Shown here piece by piece: positions 1-10,703 of a DNA stretch of 26,342 nt. Location of the stretch: contig JBDLSO010000001.1 of the NCBI GenBank assembly GCA_039799445.1, positions 1 through 26,342 on the forward strand. The letters run 5' to 3'. The stretch is from Candidatus Parcubacteria bacterium (GTDB lineage Bacteria; Patescibacteriota; Minisyncoccia; Phycocordibacterales; UBA5272). Each line of letters starts with the position of its first letter. Position 1 is the stretch's first letter. The notes beneath the pieces are model-generated. The model saw only the letters and a program-made list of their open reading frames with translations, ran no database searches and was not told where the DNA came from. The position numbers and the translations under genes are program-made.

Positions 1-1
1 A

Positions 2-2689
2 ATCAATGCCGAAGCAGACAACCTGATACATGTACGTATCGACAAAAAGCGAAAGTTCGGTATCGTGTCGCTACTGCGTGTATTTGGCATGGGAACAGAC
101 GAGCAAATACTTGCGTCATTTAGTAATGAGAAAACTCGCAAAGTGATAGCAGAATGTCTGGCAAGCGAGCCAACCAAAACACTCAGTGACTCATATATCG
201 ATATATACAAAAGACTACGCGATGGTGACCTCGCTACTCCTGAGAATGCAAAAGAATACATAGATGCACTATTCTCGGAAGCTCGCTATGACTTTTCGCT
301 CGTTGGGCGTCACCGATTCAACAAACGCTTTGGTAAGCCACTTGAAGGAAAGGAAGTAGAGCGAAAGACTCTTTCAAAAGAAGATCTTGTTGCTATTGTG
401 GACAATATAGTAGAGCTGAACTCAAATCCAAATGCAATACCAGACGATATAGACCACTTGGCATCACGCCGCGTGCGTTTCGTGGGTGAAATGATGCAAC
501 AGAAAATCCGTGTTGGTATGACACAGATGAAGCGAAATATTCAAGACCGTATGTCAGTTATCGACACTGAGACGACTCTTCCTATTGCGATTGTGAACCA
601 ACGTCCACTACAAGCTCGTATCAAAGAGTTCTTTACAACCAACCAACTTTCTCAGTTCATGAATCAAGAGAATGTACTTGCTGAAATCGAGCATTTGCGT
701 ACTCTCTCTGCGCTTGGGCCGGGAGGACTGACCAAAGAACGTGCAGGCTTCGAGGTGCGTGACGTACACAGTAGTCACTATGGACGTGTATGTCCTATTC
801 ATACACCAGAAGGTCCAAATATCGGACTCATCTTGCGTCTTTCGGTATACGCTCGCATCAATCAATTTGGTGTAATAGAGACTCCATATGTCAAAGTAAA
901 AGACGGTAGAATCACGGGCGAAGTAGTATATCTGAACGCTCTCGAAGAAGAGCTCTATACCATAGCGCATGCTGGAAACGACTACGATGCACAAGGGAAT
1001 TTCACTAGTGACCGTATCGAAGCTCGTATCAAAACCCACCCAGGAGTGGTAGGCAAAATGGACGTAGACTTCATCGATACTGCATCTGATCAAGCGTTCT
1101 CTATCGCGACAAATATGATTCCATTTTTGGAACACAATGACGCAAAGCGTGCTCTCATGGGTAGTAACATGCAAAAGCAAGCAGTGCCTTGTATTATCCC
1201 CGAAGCACCGCTTGTAGCTACTGGAACAGAATCAGAAGCAGCACGCTACACTGGTCGTATGATACTTTCTCCAGAAGATGGTGTCGTAAGCTATGTAGAT
1301 GCAAACAGAATAGTACTCGAAGGAAAGACAAAGAAGCATACATTTGAGCTTGTTACATTTTCACGTACAAACAGTTTTGTACTCTTTCACCAACGTCCAA
1401 TCGTTTCAACTGGACAAAAAATCAAAAAAGGTGATGTACTCGCCGATACCTCAACAACAGACGACGGACAAGTAGCACTCGGACAAAACTGTCTAGTAGC
1501 CTTCATGACATGGGGAGGACAAAACTATGAAGACGCTATCATTCTTTCTGAGAGATTAGTGAAGAATAGTAAATTCACCTCAGTACATATCGAAGAATTC
1601 GTAGTCAATGTCCGTGATACCAAGCTTGGGCCAGAGATTACAACTCACGATATACCAAATGTGGGTGAAGCAAAACTCAAAGACCTGGACGAAGACGGTA
1701 TCATACGTGTTGGTGCAGAGGTGCGCTCTGGAGATATTTTGGTTGGTAAAATCACACCAAAAGGAGAGACAGAACTCACACCAGAGGAGCGACTACTACG
1801 ATCTATATTCGGTGAGAAGGCTCGCGATGTGAAAGATACATCGCTTCGAATGGAGCACGGCAAACGCGGGCGTATTGTTTCTGTCAAAGTATTCTCACGA
1901 GAGCGTGGAGATAATTTGGAAAGTGGTATTATCAAACGCATATTCATAGAAGTTGCAGAACTTCGCAATATATCAGTCGGTGACAAGCTTGCAGGACGTC
2001 ACGGTAACAAAGGTGTTATCTCGACTATACTTCCGGTAGAAGATATGCCATATATGGCCGATGGAACTCCTGTTGATGTTGTGCTCACTCCGCTTGGTGT
2101 GGCATCTCGTATGAACCTCGGACAAATTCTCGAGCTTCACTTGGGTCTTGCTGCACATACTCTCAACTATCAAGCGATAGTACCAGCCTTCCAAGGTGCA
2201 AGTAGTACTGAAATCGCAGACGAACTAGAGAAAGCAGGATTCGCTCGCAATGGTAAAATGCCACTTTTTGATGGGCGAACTGGTGAAGAATTCGAGCAAG
2301 ACATTGCTGTTGGATATATGTATATACTCAAACTCCATCACATGGTGGAAGACAAGCTGCACATGCGTTCGATTGGACCCTACTCGCTTATCACACAACA
2401 ACCGCTCGGTGGGCGTGCACAAAGTGGAGGTCAGCGTTTCGGAGAAATGGAGGTATGGGCGCTCGAAGGATATGGTGCATCACATACACTACGTGAAATG
2501 CTAACAGTAAAATCAGACGATATAGTAGGGCGTTCAGCAACATTTGACTCTATCATCAAGGGACAAAAGATACGCGAACCAAATGCACCTGCATCGTTTA
2601 GTGTGATGCTCAATACACTACGAGGACTTTCACTCGATGTATCACTCGTTTCGGTCGACAATCGCAAAGACGATGAATCACGTGACTAA
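2..2689 (+). CDS. rpoB: DNA-directed RNA polymerase subunit beta, 5'-truncated by the window edge
   Basis: Frame is open from base 2 ([18 protein letters not shown]...), so the ORF-track start at 65 is not the real start. Motifs [55 protein letters not shown] and [13 protein letters not shown]. Stop TAA 2687-2689. Confidence 0.99.
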   Translation: [895 protein letters not shown]

Positions 2690-2712
2690 TTACTCTGACA
2701 TAGAAAATATTT

Positions 2713-5700
2713 ATGAAAACAATTGATACAAAAAACTTCAACGCAATCGGAATCAAATTAGCTTCTCCAGAGGCTATACTCGGTTGGTCATATGGTGAAG
2801 TTACAAAACCTGAGACAATCAACTACCGTACAGGACGTGCAGAACGCAGCGGTTTATTTGACGAGAAAATATTTGGACCAACAAAAGATTACGAATGCTA
2901 CTGCGGGAAATACCGTCGTATTCGTTACAAAGATATAGTATGTGAAAAATGCGGGGTAGAAGTAACCAAAGCTATTGTTCGTCGCGAGCGAATGGGGCAT
3001 ATTGAGCTTGCATCTCCTGTGGCTCACGTATGGTTCTTGCGTGGTATTCCAAGTCGTATTCCACTACTACTGAACACACCACTCAACCAAGTAGAGAAGG
3101 TTGTGTACTTTGCAGCTTACATCATCACAAAAGTAGACGAGGCAGAAAAAGAAATCATCAAGAAAAATCTTGATTCGGAATTCAAATCAAAAATAAAACT
3201 AGCAGAAAGCGAAGATACTCGAGAGAAACTAAGCTCACTACTCGGTTCAACAAAGAAAGAAATAGACGAGCTAGCGCTTGGTAATGTGCTTGACGAGTCT
3301 GTCTATCACAAATATGTAGTAAAATACGGAACTTGTTTTGAAGCTGGAATTGGAGCAGAAGCTATATTCAATATATTAAAAGGTATAGATCTCAAAGCAC
3401 TTGAAACATTTATCGCAGAGAATATCGCAAGTTACAGTACTATAGATAGAGAAAAAGCAGAGAAAAGACTTTCGCTTGTTCGCTCACTGATTTCTTCAAA
3501 ACAACGACCAGAATGGATGTTCATTACTCATTTGCCAGTTATACCACCTGATCTTCGTCCTATGGTTGCCCTTGAAGGTGGTCGCCACGCAACATCAGAC
3601 GTGAATGACTTGTATCGCCGTGTTATCAATAGAAACAATCGTCTTCGCAAACTCAAAGAGATAGGTGCGCCAGACGTGATCCTTCGTAATGAAAAACGTA
3701 TCTTGCAAGAAGCTGTAGACGCGCTTATAGACAATTCACAAAGACGCGGACAAGATGCGATTATGAATCAATCACAAAAGAGACAGCTCAAATCTCTTTC
3801 TGACTCACTCAAATCAAAACAAGGACTCTTTCGTCAGAATCTACTCGGTAAACGTGTAGACTATTCAGGACGTTCGGTGATTGTGGTTGGACCTGATCTT
3901 GATTTGAACCAATGCGGTCTTCCAAAACACATGGCACTTGAATTGTTCAAACCATTTATCATCTCTAAATTACTTTCGAGTGAGCAAGCATTCAATATCC
4001 GTGGTGCAAACAAATTGATAGAAGAAGGCGACCCAGAAGTATGGGCAATACTCGAAGAAGTGATCAAGGGAAAGTATGTACTCTTGAACCGTGCGCCGAC
4101 ACTTCACCGCTTGGGTATACAAGCTTTCAATCCAAAACTTATCGAGGGTAATGCTATACAATTGCACCCGCTTGTATGTTCTGCATTCAATGCAGACTTC
4201 GACGGAGACCAGATGGCAGTGCATGTGCCACTTTCAGAGAAATCACAAGATGAAGCTCGTACTCGTATGTCAGCTGCAATCAATATATTGAAACCAGGAA
4301 GTGGAGATATAGTATTGTTGCCACAACATGATATCATTCTCGGCTCATTCTGGATGACCAAGGACATCGAAGGAGAGAAGGGCGAAGGTAAGATGTTTGC
4401 CACACCCAACGAAGCTATTACAGCTTTGGAGTTCGGACATGTTTCATACCGCGCAAAGATATATGTATTGCCGACTGATACTGCAAAGTATTCTGTATTC
4501 GAAGGAAAAGTATTCCAAACAACAGTAGGAAGACTACTCTTTAATGCTGCACTTCCATCTGACTATCCATATATCAACGAAGTAATAGAGAAAAAATATC
4601 TCGGAGTTTTGTTTGACAATGTGATAGAGAAATATGGTGTTGAAAATGTATCATCTATATTTGATAAAATCAAAAAGTTTGGTTTCAAATATGCGACAAA
4701 GTCTGGTGTCACATGGAGTATGGACGATGTACGAGCGCACAATAGTAAAGGTGCGTTGGTGCAAGCAGGAAGAGACAAAGAGTACGCTGTGCGAAACGAC
4801 TTCGAAGAGGGGCTACTCTCAGATGAAGAGCGTTATGAAAAAGTAATTGAAATCTGGCAGAATGTTGTCAATCAAATACAAAAACTAGTACCAGAATCAA
4901 TCGAGAAAGATGGATCTGTATACGATATGTTCACTTCTGGTGCCCGTGGTAGTATCGGACAAATCTCACAAATGGCTGGTATGAAGGGTCTTATCCAAAA
5001 CAATCAAGGTAGGGTAACCGACTATCCGATTGTCTCATCTTACAAAGAAGGATTAACACCACTTGAATACTTTATTACAACTCATGGTGCCCGCAAAGGA
5101 CTCTCTGACACTGCTCTCAATACTGCAAAAGCTGGGTACCTCACTCGACGTCTTGTTGATGTGGCTCAAGATGCAGTTGTTTCAGAAATCGATTGTGGTA
5201 CTAAAGAAGGTAAATCTATTAAACGTGCAAGTGCATCTGGTATAGAGATTCCATTCTCAAAGAGTCTGCGTGGACGTATAGTAGCGAAAGATATTGTAGA
5301 TCCAGCAACAAATACGACATTGTTTAAAAAAGGAACACTACTCACAAAGAAGGATGCGTTACTGGTAGAACAAACATCACTTGAAACTGTCGAAGTATTT
5401 TCTCCGCTGACATGTAAGTCAATACATGGAGTATGTCAAAAATGTTATGGTACAGATCTTGGACGCAATCGTATTGTAGCGCTTGGTGAAGCGGTTGGTA
5501 TCGTTGCAGCACAAGCCGTAGGTGAACCAGGAACACAGCTGACAATGCGTACAATACACTCGGGAGGTGTAGCGGGTGTTGATATCACACAAGGTCTACC
5601 ACGTGTCGAAGAGATTTTCGAACGTCGTATGCCAAAAAGTCCAGCTATTGTATCTCATACAAACGGTGAAGTACTTGGTATCAAACAAGAAGGCAAAGAA

Positions 5701-6339
5701 AAAATCATTGTTGTGCTCTCTGATGAAGGTGAGAAATCAAAGAAAAAAGATATTAAAGAAATTGAGTACTCAGTACCGTTCCGACGTATCATACAAGTCA
5801 AAGTTGGTCAGCGTGTAACACGTGGTCAATTGCTGACAGATGGTTCGGCTGATATAGATGAATTATTCAAATACGGTGGTAAAGAAATTGCCGAAGAATA
5901 TATCATCAATGAAATCAATAAAGTCTATGAACTACAAGGTGCGTCAATTTCGCGAAAGCATATAGAAATTATTATTAGACAAATGTTCGGTAGACTACGT
6001 GTTCGTGAAGTTGGAGATAGTAAGTTTAGCCAAGGAGACTTAGTAGAGCGTTCAGTATTTATGACTGAAAACAATCAATTACTAGAGCGTCATTTACTTC
6101 CTGCAATAGGCGAACCAGTAGTACTTGGTATCTCAGAGGTCTCACTCTCAACTGAAAGTTGGTTATCGGCTGCATCGTTCCAAAATACAACACGTGTACT
6201 TATCGGTGCTGCTGTCAAAGGCTCTATCGACTCACTACGTGGACTCAAAGAAAACGTTATCATCGGTCGTCTCATACCAGCAGGAACTGGAATAGAAGAA
6301 GAAGTAGAGGACTATTCAGACGAGGCAAGCGAGTATTAA
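2713..6339 (+). CDS. rpoC: DNA-directed RNA polymerase subunit beta' (1208 aa)
   Basis: N-terminal Zn finger (CYCGKY...CEKCG), catalytic NADFDGD, bridge helix [15 protein letters not shown], trigger loop [12 protein letters not shown]-terminal [17 protein letters not shown]. Confidence 0.99.
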   Translation: MKTIDTKNFNAIGIKLASPEAILGWSYGEVTKPETINYRTGRAERSGLFDEKIFGPTKDYECYCGKYRRIRYKDIVCEKCGVEVTKAIVRRERMGHIELASPVAHVWFLRGIPSRIPLLLNTPLNQVEKVVYFAAYIITKVDEAEKEIIKKNLDSEFKSKIKLAESEDTREKLSSLLGSTKKEIDELALGNVLDESVYHKYVVKYGTCFEAGIGAEAIFNILKGIDLKALETFIAENIASYSTIDREKAEKRLSLVRSLISSKQRPEWMFITHLPVIPPDLRPMVALEGGRHATSDVNDLYRRVINRNNRLRKLKEIGAPDVILRNEKRILQEAVDALIDNSQRRGQDAIMNQSQKRQLKSLSDSLKSKQGLFRQNLLGKRVDYSGRSVIVVGPDLDLNQCGLPKHMALELFKPFIISKLLSSEQAFNIRGANKLIEEGDPEVWAILEEVIKGKYVLLNRAPTLHRLGIQAFNPKLIEGNAIQLHPLVCSAFNADFDGDQMAVHVPLSEKSQDEARTRMSAAINILKPGSGDIVLLPQHDIILGSFWMTKDIEGEKGEGKMFATPNEAITALEFGHVSYRAKIYVLPTDTAKYSVFEGKVFQTTVGRLLFNAALPSDYPYINEVIEKKYLGVLFDNVIEKYGVENVSSIFDKIKKFGFKYATKSGVTWSMDDVRAHNSKGALVQAGRDKEYAVRNDFEEGLLSDEERYEKVIEIWQNVVNQIQKLVPESIEKDGSVYDMFTSGARGSIGQISQMAGMKGLIQNNQGRVTDYPIVSSYKEGLTPLEYFITTHGARKGLSDTALNTAKAGYLTRRLVDVAQDAVVSEIDCGTKEGKSIKRASASGIEIPFSKSLRGRIVAKDIVDPATNTTLFKKGTLLTKKDALLVEQTSLETVEVFSPLTCKSIHGVCQKCYGTDLGRNRIVALGEAVGIVAAQAVGEPGTQLTMRTIHSGGVAGVDITQGLPRVEEIFERRMPKSPAIVSHTNGEVLGIKQEGKEKIIVVLSDEGEKSKKKDIKEIEYSVPFRRIIQVKVGQRVTRGQLLTDGSADIDELFKYGGKEIAEEYIINEINKVYELQGASISRKHIEIIIRQMFGRLRVREVGDSKFSQGDLVERSVFMTENNQLLERHLLPAIGEPVVLGISEVSLSTESWLSAASFQNTTRVLIGAAVKGSIDSLRGLKENVIIGRLIPAGTGIEEEVEDYSDEASEY

Positions 6340-6360
6340 TACATTGAAACCACATTGAAT

Positions 6361-8055
6361 ATGAATCCTGTAGAACAAATAAAAGAAAGGATTTCAATAC
6401 TAGATGTGGTTTCAACGTATGTGCGTGTCGAAAAATCTGGCAATCAATACAAAGCACGTTGCCCATTTCACAATGAAAAAACTCCGAGCTTCTACGTATC
6501 ACCCAGTAGAAATTCATTTCATTGTTTTGGTTGTGGAGTAAGTGGTGATATATTTAGCTTTATTGAAAATATAGAACACATCCCATTTAGAGAAGCTTTG
6601 GTACTCCTTGCAGAGAGAGCTGGTGTCAGTCTCGACAATCGAGGAAACAAAAACAATGGCTCGCTACTTGAAATACTTGCCGAAACCACACAATTTTTCA
6701 AGACCTCACTTCAAAAACACCCAAGCGTACTTGCGTATGCACTTGGAAGAGGTATGACTGAAAGCACACTTGATGAATTCAATGTTGGTTACTCTGAAGT
6801 AGCTTGGCGAACAGTGTATGAGCATCTAAAAAAGTCTGGTTTTGCAGATGAAGATATAGAGAAGTCTGGTGTTGTTATCAAAAGTGAAAAAGGATACTAT
6901 GATAGATTTCGCGGGAGACTTATGTTTCCTATACAATCACCAAGTGGCAAAGTTGTTGGTTTTACAGGTAGGGTCTTGCCTGAAATAGAGAAGGCGAGCG
7001 ATAAGCCACTGGCAAAATATGTTAATACACCAGAAACAGAACTGTATCACAAGTCCAAAATACTGTTTGGGTATGACAAAGCAAAGTCAAAAATAGCAGA
7101 TGAAGACTTGTGTATAGTTGTAGAAGGGCAGATGGATGTGATACTGTCACACCAATGTGGTATGACAAACACGGTAGGGGTGAGCGGTACAGCCTTTACA
7201 GAAGAGCAGCTCACACTCATACTACGAATGACCAAAAATATCGCACTTTCGTTTGACTCAGACAAGGCAGGACAAAGTGCAATGCTTCGTAGTGCAGAAC
7301 TTGGACTTCTTGCAGACGCAAATATAGAAATCATACATCTCGGTACACAAAAAGATCCAGCAGATATCATAGTCCAAGATCCAAATATCTGGTACAAAAA
7401 AATACAAGAGAGAGTGCATGTTATTGACTATTTACTAAAAACCATTCGCACCGAACTTAGCGACGACAGAAACTTCGCATTAGAGGTAAAGAGAGTTGTG
7501 CTACCTCTCACTAGTCGAATCAAGAGTCATATAGACAGGGAATACTTTCTAAAGAAAATAGCAGCATCACTTCAAGTATCAATTGAGTCAGTACATGAAG
7601 ATTTGAAGCAATACATTTCTGTGCATCCAATATCAGAGGAAATCGAAACACCCAAAACCACCAACAAGAACACTTCGAGGCTTGTATCAACGTACGAAGA
7701 ATTAATTGGACTCATTGAGCTGCATAGTGATATACTTTCAGACGAAGTACGTATATTGCTACAAGAAATATACACTCATAATGCAGCAGAGATAATACCC
7801 TATGATGAGTTTCCAGAATCAGAAAAAATACGACTACAAATCAGAGCAGATATATTGAACCCAGACCCTGATTCGAGAAGAAAAAATGTACCGATTATTC
7901 TGATGGAGTTGCGTGAGCGTTTACTTGATACACAAATAGAAAAGTTGCATACCGATATTTCACTACATGAATCCGAACAATTACTAGCTACTTATCATGA
8001 ATTAATTAAAAAACGTAATATTATTAGAGATAACAAAAATACAAAACAAAAATAA
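6361..8055 (+). CDS. dnaG: DNA primase
   Basis: CHC2 Zn finger (CPFH...CFGC), [26 protein letters not shown] motifs VVEGQMD and FDSDKAG. ATG at 6361 preferred to the TTG at 6355. Confidence 0.97.
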   Translation: MNPVEQIKERISILDVVSTYVRVEKSGNQYKARCPFHNEKTPSFYVSPSRNSFHCFGCGVSGDIFSFIENIEHIPFREALVLLAERAGVSLDNRGNKNNGSLLEILAETTQFFKTSLQKHPSVLAYALGRGMTESTLDEFNVGYSEVAWRTVYEHLKKSGFADEDIEKSGVVIKSEKGYYDRFRGRLMFPIQSPSGKVVGFTGRVLPEIEKASDKPLAKYVNTPETELYHKSKILFGYDKAKSKIADEDLCIVVEGQMDVILSHQCGMTNTVGVSGTAFTEEQLTLILRMTKNIALSFDSDKAGQSAMLRSAELGLLADANIEIIHLGTQKDPADIIVQDPNIWYKKIQERVHVIDYLLKTIRTELSDDRNFALEVKRVVLPLTSRIKSHIDREYFLKKIAASLQVSIESVHEDLKQYISVHPISEEIETPKTTNKNTSRLVSTYEELIGLIELHSDILSDEVRILLQEIYTHNAAEIIPYDEFPESEKIRLQIRADILNPDPDSRRKNVPIILMELRERLLDTQIEKLHTDISLHESEQLLATYHELIKKRNIIRDNKNTKQK

Positions 8056-8056
8056 T

Positions 8057-9451
8057 ATGAAAAAAATTGTAAAAAAAGTGAATAAAATAGTATCAAAAAA
8101 AGTAGTTAAGAAAGTTACTAAAAAAAGTGTGGTGAAAAAGGTAGTGAAACCAATTGCAAAGAAAGTAACCAAAAAGGTCGCTCCAAAAAAAGCAGTAGTT
8201 AAGAAAGTAGTCAAAAAGATAGTCAAGAAAGTAGTCAAAAAGATAGTCAAGAAAGTAGCCACAAAAGCTGCAGCCAAAAAAGTAGCTCGACCAGTTATCA
8301 AAAAAGTAGCAAAAAAAGAGACAACTACAAAAGTGGCACCCAAAAAGGCTGTGACACAAAAAAAAGTGCAGCCAAAGGTTACACTTACACAGGAACAAGA
8401 AGAATGGCTACGCAAAGAGAATCTACTTATCGAAAAAGGCACGAAAACAGGCTTTACAACATTTGATGAAATTCTAAAACAATTTCCAACAATTGAGACA
8501 GATATACTTTTTCTTGACGAACTACAACAAAAACTTGAAGAAGCGGGTATTGAGGTACTTGAAGGCGGAAACCTACTTGATCTTGACCAAGTAGACGCAA
8601 TTGCAAAAGAAGAAGGTAGTCACGATTCTATACAAATGTATCTCCGTGAAATTGGGCGATACCCACTTATCAATGGACAAGAAGAGCGTGAACTTGCTCA
8701 ACGTATTGAGCAAGGAGATAACGAAGCGAAACAAGTACTTGCCAAGGCCAACTTACGTCTCGTTGTATCTATAGCAAAAAAATACGTGGGAAGAAGTTCA
8801 GATCTCACACTACTTGATCTCATACAAGAAGGCAATCTTGGGCTATTCAAAGCAGTAGATAAATTCGACTGGAACAAAGGCTTTAAGTTTAGTACATATG
8901 CAACATGGTGGATTCGTCAATCAATCACTAGAGCATTGGCAGACCAGTCGCGTACGATTCGTATACCAGTACATATGGTAGAAACTATCGCCAAATACAA
9001 GCAAGTGTTCCGTCGTCTATCACAAGATCTTGGACGTGACCCTCTTGCAGAAGAGATAGCTATGGAAATGGGAGTTGATGTAGAAAAAGTACATATCATC
9101 GAAAATATCAATCAAGATACCGTGTCTTTAGAGAAGCCGATTGGAGATGACGAAGACAAATCAACACTGGGTGAGTTCATTGCAGATGACAAAATACTTT
9201 CACCTGACCAAGAATCTTCACGTCGCATACTTGCTGACCAAATCAATGAGATATTGAGTGATTTATCTGAAAAAGAACGCAAAATTGTAGAAATGAGAAA
9301 TGGACTTGGGGAGTACGATGGAGTGATGCACACTCTCGAAGAGGTAGGACTAGAATTTGCTGTCACACGCGAACGCATACGACAAATAGAAGCCAAAGTA
9401 CATGAGAAGATTCGCGATCATCACAAAATAGAGCGATTGAGAAACTACTAA
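8057..9451 (+). CDS. rpoD: Primary sigma-70 factor with Lys-rich N-terminal extension
   Basis: Region 1.1-like segment (LIEKG..GF.TFDEI), region 1.2 [11 protein letters not shown], region 2 [13 protein letters not shown] / [16 protein letters not shown] / RTIRIPVHM, region 4 [17 protein letters not shown]. Starts 1 nt after the dnaG stop. Confidence 0.98.
   Translation: MKKIVKKVNKIVSKKVVKKVTKKSVVKKVVKPIAKKVTKKVAPKKAVVKKVVKKIVKKVVKKIVKKVATKAAAKKVARPVIKKVAKKETTTKVAPKKAVTQKKVQPKVTLTQEQEEWLRKENLLIEKGTKTGFTTFDEILKQFPTIETDILFLDELQQKLEEAGIEVLEGGNLLDLDQVDAIAKEEGSHDSIQMYLREIGRYPLINGQEERELAQRIEQGDNEAKQVLAKANLRLVVSIAKKYVGRSSDLTLLDLIQEGNLGLFKAVDKFDWNKGFKFSTYATWWIRQSITRALADQSRTIRIPVHMVETIAKYKQVFRRLSQDLGRDPLAEEIAMEMGVDVEKVHIIENINQDTVSLEKPIGDDEDKSTLGEFIADDKILSPDQESSRRILADQINEILSDLSEKERKIVEMRNGLGEYDGVMHTLEEVGLEFAVTRERIRQIEAKVHEKIRDHHKIERLRNY
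8201..8258 (+). repeat. Exact 24-bp coding tandem repeat, about 2.4 copies (KKVVKKIV) inside rpoD
   Basis: aagaaagtagtcaaaaagatagtc at 8201-8224 and 8225-8248, plus partial aagaaagtag at 8249-8258. Confidence 0.95.
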
Positions 9452-9461
9452 ATTATGTTTG

Positions 9462-9479
9462 ATTCAGATATATCTGAAT
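9462..9479. other. Perfect 18-bp palindrome between rpoD and the obgE promoter (operator or hairpin)
   Basis: attcagata|tatctgaat is its own reverse complement. Function unknown. Confidence 0.5.
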
Positions 9480-9514
9480 ATGTGTTTAATAAAATAATCT
9501 CAAACGAGAATAAG

Positions 9515-9543
9515 TTGATTTTTAAGACATTTTATGTTATAAT
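9515..9543 (+). promoter_or_regulatory. Sigma70 promoter for obgE
   Basis: TTGATT (9515-9520), 17-bp spacer, TATAAT (9538-9543) with extended -10 TG at 9535-9536. Confidence 0.8.
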
Positions 9544-9609
9544 ATTTTTATTACTCATCTTACTTTTTGTAGGGATACTCTGGACTAGAATCAGTCAATA
9601 TATAAAATA

Positions 9610-10632
9610 ATGCTCGTAGACAAAATAACAATCAAAGTAGAAGCAGGTAGGGGTGGTCCCGGTGTTGTTCGTTGGCGCAAAGAAAAATTCATCGATAGAG
9701 GAGGTCCTTGGGGAGGAAACGGTGGTAAAGGCGGTGACATATATATGCGCGCTATTCGTGATGTATATGCACTTCGTCGTTATGACAACAATCGAACATA
9801 CAGAGCAAAAGATGGTGAATCAGGACATAGCAGATTGATGGACGGTGAGTCCGCACCAGATATAATACTTGATATACCAGTTGGTTCTATTGTATATAAT
9901 CACGAATACAACACGTATACGCGTTTTGATACAGAAGGCGAAGTCAAGCTTATTGTACGTGGGGGCAAGGGTGGATACGGCAATAACCATTTCAAGAGTT
10001 CTACGAATCAAACTCCAATGGAGTCTACTCCCGGAGCTGCTGGTGACTTTGCGACTCTTGATATTGAAGTAGAGATGATTGCCAAAGTTGGTTTTATTGG
10101 GCTACCAAATGCTGGAAAGTCGAGTATATTAAATGAACTTACTCGTGCAAAAGCCAAAACAGCCAATTATGCGTTTACAACACTTGAGCCAAATCTAGGC
10201 GACTTCCATGGTTTCATTCTGGCAGACCTTCCGGGACTCATCGAAGGTGCAGCAGAGGGCAAAGGTCTTGGACATAGATTCCTCAAACATATTAAACGTA
10301 CCGAAATAGTGGTGCACCTAGTGAGTGCAGAGAATGAAGATGTCACAGCAACGTATACTGGTATACGTTCTGAGCTCGGCAAGTATGATGCTGAACTCTT
10401 GGTAAAGCGCGAGATAGTTATATTGTCAAAAAGTGATATGGTCGATGCTACCGAGCTCGCGCAAAAACAAAAAGCATTAGAGAAGGTCTCAAACAATATC
10501 GTACATACCATGTCACTGTACGACAACGAAGCGATAGATAAATTTGCAAAATATCTCCGCAAAATTCTTGAAGATAGTGTTGCAATACCAGAGATTGTAG
10601 CAAATGAACATGTAGGTGACGCTCGGGAATAA
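9610..10632 (+). CDS. obgE: GTPase ObgE/CgtA (340 aa, short C-terminus)
   Basis: Gly-rich Obg fold (GGRGG..., GGNGGKGG), G1 GLPNAGKS, G2 YAFTT, G3 DLPG, EGAAEGKGLG..FLKHI.R, G4-like SKSD. Confidence 0.97.
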   Translation: MLVDKITIKVEAGRGGPGVVRWRKEKFIDRGGPWGGNGGKGGDIYMRAIRDVYALRRYDNNRTYRAKDGESGHSRLMDGESAPDIILDIPVGSIVYNHEYNTYTRFDTEGEVKLIVRGGKGGYGNNHFKSSTNQTPMESTPGAAGDFATLDIEVEMIAKVGFIGLPNAGKSSILNELTRAKAKTANYAFTTLEPNLGDFHGFILADLPGLIEGAAEGKGLGHRFLKHIKRTEIVVHLVSAENEDVTATYTGIRSELGKYDAELLVKREIVILSKSDMVDATELAQKQKALEKVSNNIVHTMSLYDNEAIDKFAKYLRKILEDSVAIPEIVANEHVGDARE

Positions 10633-10645
10633 TATATATACTAGT

Positions 10646-10684
10646 AGAAAGAGCTGTTATGGGTAATCCATAACAGCTCTTTCT
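10646..10684. terminator. Bidirectional intrinsic terminator between convergent obgE and gatB
   Basis: Perfect 17-bp stem agaaagagctgttatgg / ccataacagctctttct, 5-nt loop gtaat, T-rich tail on the + strand and a shorter one on the - strand. Confidence 0.88.
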
Positions 10685-10703
10685 TTATATACAACTTCCT
10701 GAT

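Noticed and set aside
5545-5559. RpoC trigger loop MRTIH instead of MRTFH
   Set aside because: Single hydrophobic change with M, R and H retained; no effect can be supported from sequence alone.
608-6275. Numerous 60-190 aa ORFs overlapping rpoB and rpoC
   Set aside because: Nested in highly conserved genes, with no recognisable motifs or expression signals.
8201-8258. Tandem repeat as a possible CRISPR array
   Set aside because: No spacers, in-frame coding repeat, and no cas genes in the window.
8002-8442. Minus-strand 146-aa and 101-aa F/T/L-rich ORFs
   Set aside because: Antisense shadows of the Lys/Val repeat in rpoD; A-rich codons leave few stops on the opposite strand.
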